Positions 61,135 to 64,000 of a stretch of 64,000 nucleotides of DNA are shown here, in pieces. The notes beneath the pieces are model-generated. The model was not told where the DNA came from. It ran no database searches and was given only the letters and a program-made list of their open reading frames with translations. The DNA is from Gammaproteobacteria bacterium (GTDB lineage: Bacteria; Pseudomonadota; Gammaproteobacteria; Eutrophobiales; Eutrophobiaceae), in contig CBDCTH010000001.1 in assembly GCA_965222155.1 (NCBI GenBank), positions 1 through 64,000 on the forward strand. The letters are read 5' to 3'. Position 1 is the first letter of the stretch, and each line of letters begins with the position of its first letter. Made by a program: the position numbers and the translations under genes.

Positions 61135-62181
61135 GTGGAAAATTATACAGGTTGGGATATTGGCGGCGCACATTTAAAGATCGCCAGTCTGGATAAAAAC
61201 GGGGCACTGTGTACCCTGGGCCAGTTTGCCACTCCATTATGGCAAGGCATCGATATGCTGAAGGATCCCGTCACCCGGGCGGTCAATTCTCTGCCTTCAG
61301 GTAACTGTGTCCATACCCTGACCATGACCGGAGAACTGGCAGACTGCTTTCCAGGACGCCGGGACGGGGTGATACAACTGGTGGATTATATATCGGCTCG
61401 GCTTGGCCCTAGTACCCCGCTCTATGTGTATGCAGGCAGCAAAGGTTTGGTAACGCCTGACCGGGTGCCTGACTGTCATACCGACATCGCCTCAGCCAAC
61501 TGGCATGCAACTGCGACTTATGTTGCCAAATACCTGGGATCAGGAATTCTGATAGACCTGGGTACTACCACAACCGATATCATTCCTTTCCATGAACACC
61601 AGGTTTGTAGCCGCGGCTACACCGACCAGGAGCGGTTGAGAACCGGTGAACTGGTGTATACGGGCATAACGAGAACGCCTGTTATGGCAGTCCTTGAGCG
61701 CGTACCGTACAAGGATGTGTGGCAATCAATCGCGGCGGAGTATTTTGCCGGCATGGCGGACGTATACCGTATCACCGGTGACCTGGATGAACGCTTCGAT
61801 TTAATGCCCGCGGCTGACGCGGGTGAGAAAACCCGCTACCATAGCGTTAAACGCCTGGCGAGGATGCTAGGAGCGGAATATAACACAACGGATGCTATTG
61901 AGCCCTGGTTGGATGTAGCACATCATATCGCTGAAAAACAATTTGAAAGAATCGACCAGGCTTTCAATAACGTTACGGACAGGCTGGGAAAAACCGTACG
62001 GAACAACATCGTTGCTGCTGGAGCAGGGCGCTTTATTATTGAGAAACTGGCACAGAAGAATAACTACGGGGTAATTGATTTTGAGGATTTATTGCCAACT
62101 TCCGACAAGAATTTGCGCGCCGTCAATAATTGCTCAACAGCGGTGGCAGTCGCCGGATTAACCCGCATGTTGCACCTTTGA
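61129..62181 (+). CDS. Hydantoinase/oxoprolinase-like methanofuran biosynthesis protein (orf9/MfnF-like)
   Basis: GWDIGGAHLK, TMTGELADCF, ASANWHA, DLGTTTTDI, GELVYTG..RTP, RLARMLG. Confidence 0.88.
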   Translation: MHVENYTGWDIGGAHLKIASLDKNGALCTLGQFATPLWQGIDMLKDPVTRAVNSLPSGNCVHTLTMTGELADCFPGRRDGVIQLVDYISARLGPSTPLYVYAGSKGLVTPDRVPDCHTDIASANWHATATYVAKYLGSGILIDLGTTTTDIIPFHEHQVCSRGYTDQERLRTGELVYTGITRTPVMAVLERVPYKDVWQSIAAEYFAGMADVYRITGDLDERFDLMPAADAGEKTRYHSVKRLARMLGAEYNTTDAIEPWLDVAHHIAEKQFERIDQAFNNVTDRLGKTVRNNIVAAGAGRFIIEKLAQKNNYGVIDFEDLLPTSDKNLRAVNNCSTAVAVAGLTRMLHL

Positions 62182-62204
62182 ATATGATGACAAATCATCA
62201 GAAC

Positions 62205-62568
62205 GGGTGTAATGACAAATCGTCAGGACAGACGATTTACAAAGTACGTCCTGTACTTTGCCCCGTTGGGGCTAGCCCGCATTTCTCACCAGTTGATGCG
62301 ATGATCGTGCCGGATTTTAGATGTGCGCCTTCCATGGCGCACACCCTGCGGGCATCCTTCGGATGTCCAAATCTGCTCCGGGCAGATTTGTGCCGCCAGC
62401 GGGTGCCTGCGACCGAAAGCATAGCCGTAGTTCTGGTTGAGGGACAAATTGTCAGGACAGACAATTTGCACGGCGACAGCCGCCCGCAGGGTTGCGCCCA
62501 GAGCCTGCCCCCCTGCTTACAACCGCAGGGGCAAGCTCTGTATGGAGTTGAGCAGGGGGAAGTGCGCA
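62205..62568. repeat. Cluster of nested palindromic repeat modules upstream of pabB
   Basis: Contains the MITE core of 5863/49944 and the inserts seen at 47968-48040, 54084-54181 and 19101-19171. Confidence 0.8.
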
Positions 62569-63921
62569 ATGAAGCTGGTTGAACTGGATTATGCCCGGGA
62601 CTCGGCGCTGTTGTTCAGTCGTATTGCCGGCGAACCGTGGAGCATTTTCCTGGACAGCGGATATCCGCTGATTGACAGGGGCCGTTACGACATAATGACT
62701 GCCCGACCCTACCGAACCCTTGTGACTTATGGTGATGAAACCCGGATAGCCGACGGGAAGACTCTGCAACACTCGGGGGAAGACCCGTTTGACCTGGTCA
62801 GACGGCAGTTGGGTGAACGCCGCATCAATTTATCCGGGTTCCCGTTTTCCGGCGGGGCGCTGGGGTATTTCTCCTACGACCTGGGACGCCGTATAGAACA
62901 GTTGCCGGCGCTGTGCCGGGATGATATCAACATGCCGGATATGGCCATAGGCCTGTATGACTGGGCGTTGATTGTCGATCACCATAGAAGACGAACCTGG
63001 TTGATTGCAGCAGACGAGACCAGGCTCGGCGTTGAAGAGTGGAGGGCTCTGCAGGATTTGTTCAACAGTGACAATACGCGGGAATCGGTGGGCCATTCGG
63101 TACAATCGCGCTTGCTGAATCACACCGACAAGGAGCAATATAGCGCCGCCTTTAACCGGATTCAACGCTATATCCGCGACGGTGACTGCTACCAGGTCAA
63201 CCTGGCCCAGCGTTTCAGCGTTGCCGTCACAGGCGATTCATGGAGCGTTTACCGGCAGTTAAGAAAATCCAACCCTGCTCCCTATGCCTGCTTTTTCCGG
63301 CTTGAGCAGGGCTGCATCCTGAGTTCGTCGCCGGAACGGTTTATTTCCGTATCCAATGATCAGGTAGAGACCAAGCCCATCAAGGGTACCATCAGGCGCT
63401 CTGTTTATGCCTATGAAGATAAAGCCCTGGCAGAACAATTGCTTGAGAGCGAAAAGGACCGGGCGGAAAATCTGATGATCGTGGACTTGCTGAGAAATGA
63501 TATCGGCAAGAATTGTGAAATCGGCAGCGTCATGGTCCCCAGGTTATTCGCCCTGGAAAGTTTTGCCACCGTACATCACCTGGTAAGCACTGTGACCGGC
63601 CGGCTGGCACGGAGCAAACACGCGCTTGATTTATTGCGAGGAGCTTTCCCGGGGGGGTCCATAACGGGCGCGCCCAAACTTCGGGCCATGCAGATTATCG
63701 AAGAACTGGAGGCTTATCGCCGTACCGTTTATTGCGGCGCCATCGGCTATATCGGGTTTGACGGTAATATGGATACCAATATTGCGATACGTACCCTGGT
63801 ACATAAAGATGACAGGATTTATTTCTGGGCAGGCGGAGGAATAGTAGCTGACTCCGTACCAGAAAGTGAATACAGGGAGTGCTTTACCAAGGCCGAGGCT
63901 ATTATGCGGCTGTTTGAGTAG
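62569..63921 (+). CDS. pabB: Aminodeoxychorismate synthase component I
   Basis: GDCYQVNL, SSSPERF, PIKGT, KDRAENLMIVDLLRND, FPGGSITGAPK.RAM; pABA is a methanopterin precursor. Confidence 0.92.
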   Translation: MKLVELDYARDSALLFSRIAGEPWSIFLDSGYPLIDRGRYDIMTARPYRTLVTYGDETRIADGKTLQHSGEDPFDLVRRQLGERRINLSGFPFSGGALGYFSYDLGRRIEQLPALCRDDINMPDMAIGLYDWALIVDHHRRRTWLIAADETRLGVEEWRALQDLFNSDNTRESVGHSVQSRLLNHTDKEQYSAAFNRIQRYIRDGDCYQVNLAQRFSVAVTGDSWSVYRQLRKSNPAPYACFFRLEQGCILSSSPERFISVSNDQVETKPIKGTIRRSVYAYEDKALAEQLLESEKDRAENLMIVDLLRNDIGKNCEIGSVMVPRLFALESFATVHHLVSTVTGRLARSKHALDLLRGAFPGGSITGAPKLRAMQIIEELEAYRRTVYCGAIGYIGFDGNMDTNIAIRTLVHKDDRIYFWAGGGIVADSVPESEYRECFTKAEAIMRLFE

Positions 63922-64000
63922 ACCTTCTATTACCCTGTGAGCTCTGTGGCTGAACAATTTCCAAAATGTGGGTAGTTAAGATCGGCGGCAGCCTGGAGAC

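Noticed and set aside
62437-62568. Long N-terminal extensions on pabB, orf9, moxJ-like and DUF3782-like ORFs
   Set aside because: They derive from repeats or overlap neighbouring genes; downstream starts match family N-termini or RBS positions.

Overview
Bacterial chromosome segment, most likely from a Gammaproteobacterium (ffs-dnaX-ybaB-recR, M48 peptidase/orn). It has three parts. (1) 1-12.6 kb: housekeeping and catabolic genes. (2) 12.7-42 kb: an accessory region with toxin-antitoxin and RloAB-like genes, an IS5 carrying a decayed group II intron, IS1380/IS1634/IS21 elements and a cupredoxin-MoxJ-like operon. It also holds a ~13-kb island, bounded by a diverged duplicate of the fhcC 3' end, that contains four near-identical PD-(D/E)XK-like genes with 2/1/4/3 heptad repeats and a perfect 3x297-bp structured tandem repeat. 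(3) 42-64 kb: a tetrahydromethanopterin/methanofuran-type C1 cluster. This cluster carries two formyl-carrier modules in tandem: a methylotroph-type fhcBADC whose B subunit lacks the Mo/W-ligating Cys, and an archaeal-like fwdD-B-A-ftr-C with intact FwdB motifs, followed by a ferredoxin and a ferredoxin:NADP+ reductase. mptG, mch, orf7, fae, orf17, orf9 and pabB follow. Nested palindromic repeats occur throughout, one inserted in frame in fhcB, and decayed mobile genes show a strong A:T->C:G substitution bias. All family calls come from motif recognition by eye; no database search was run.
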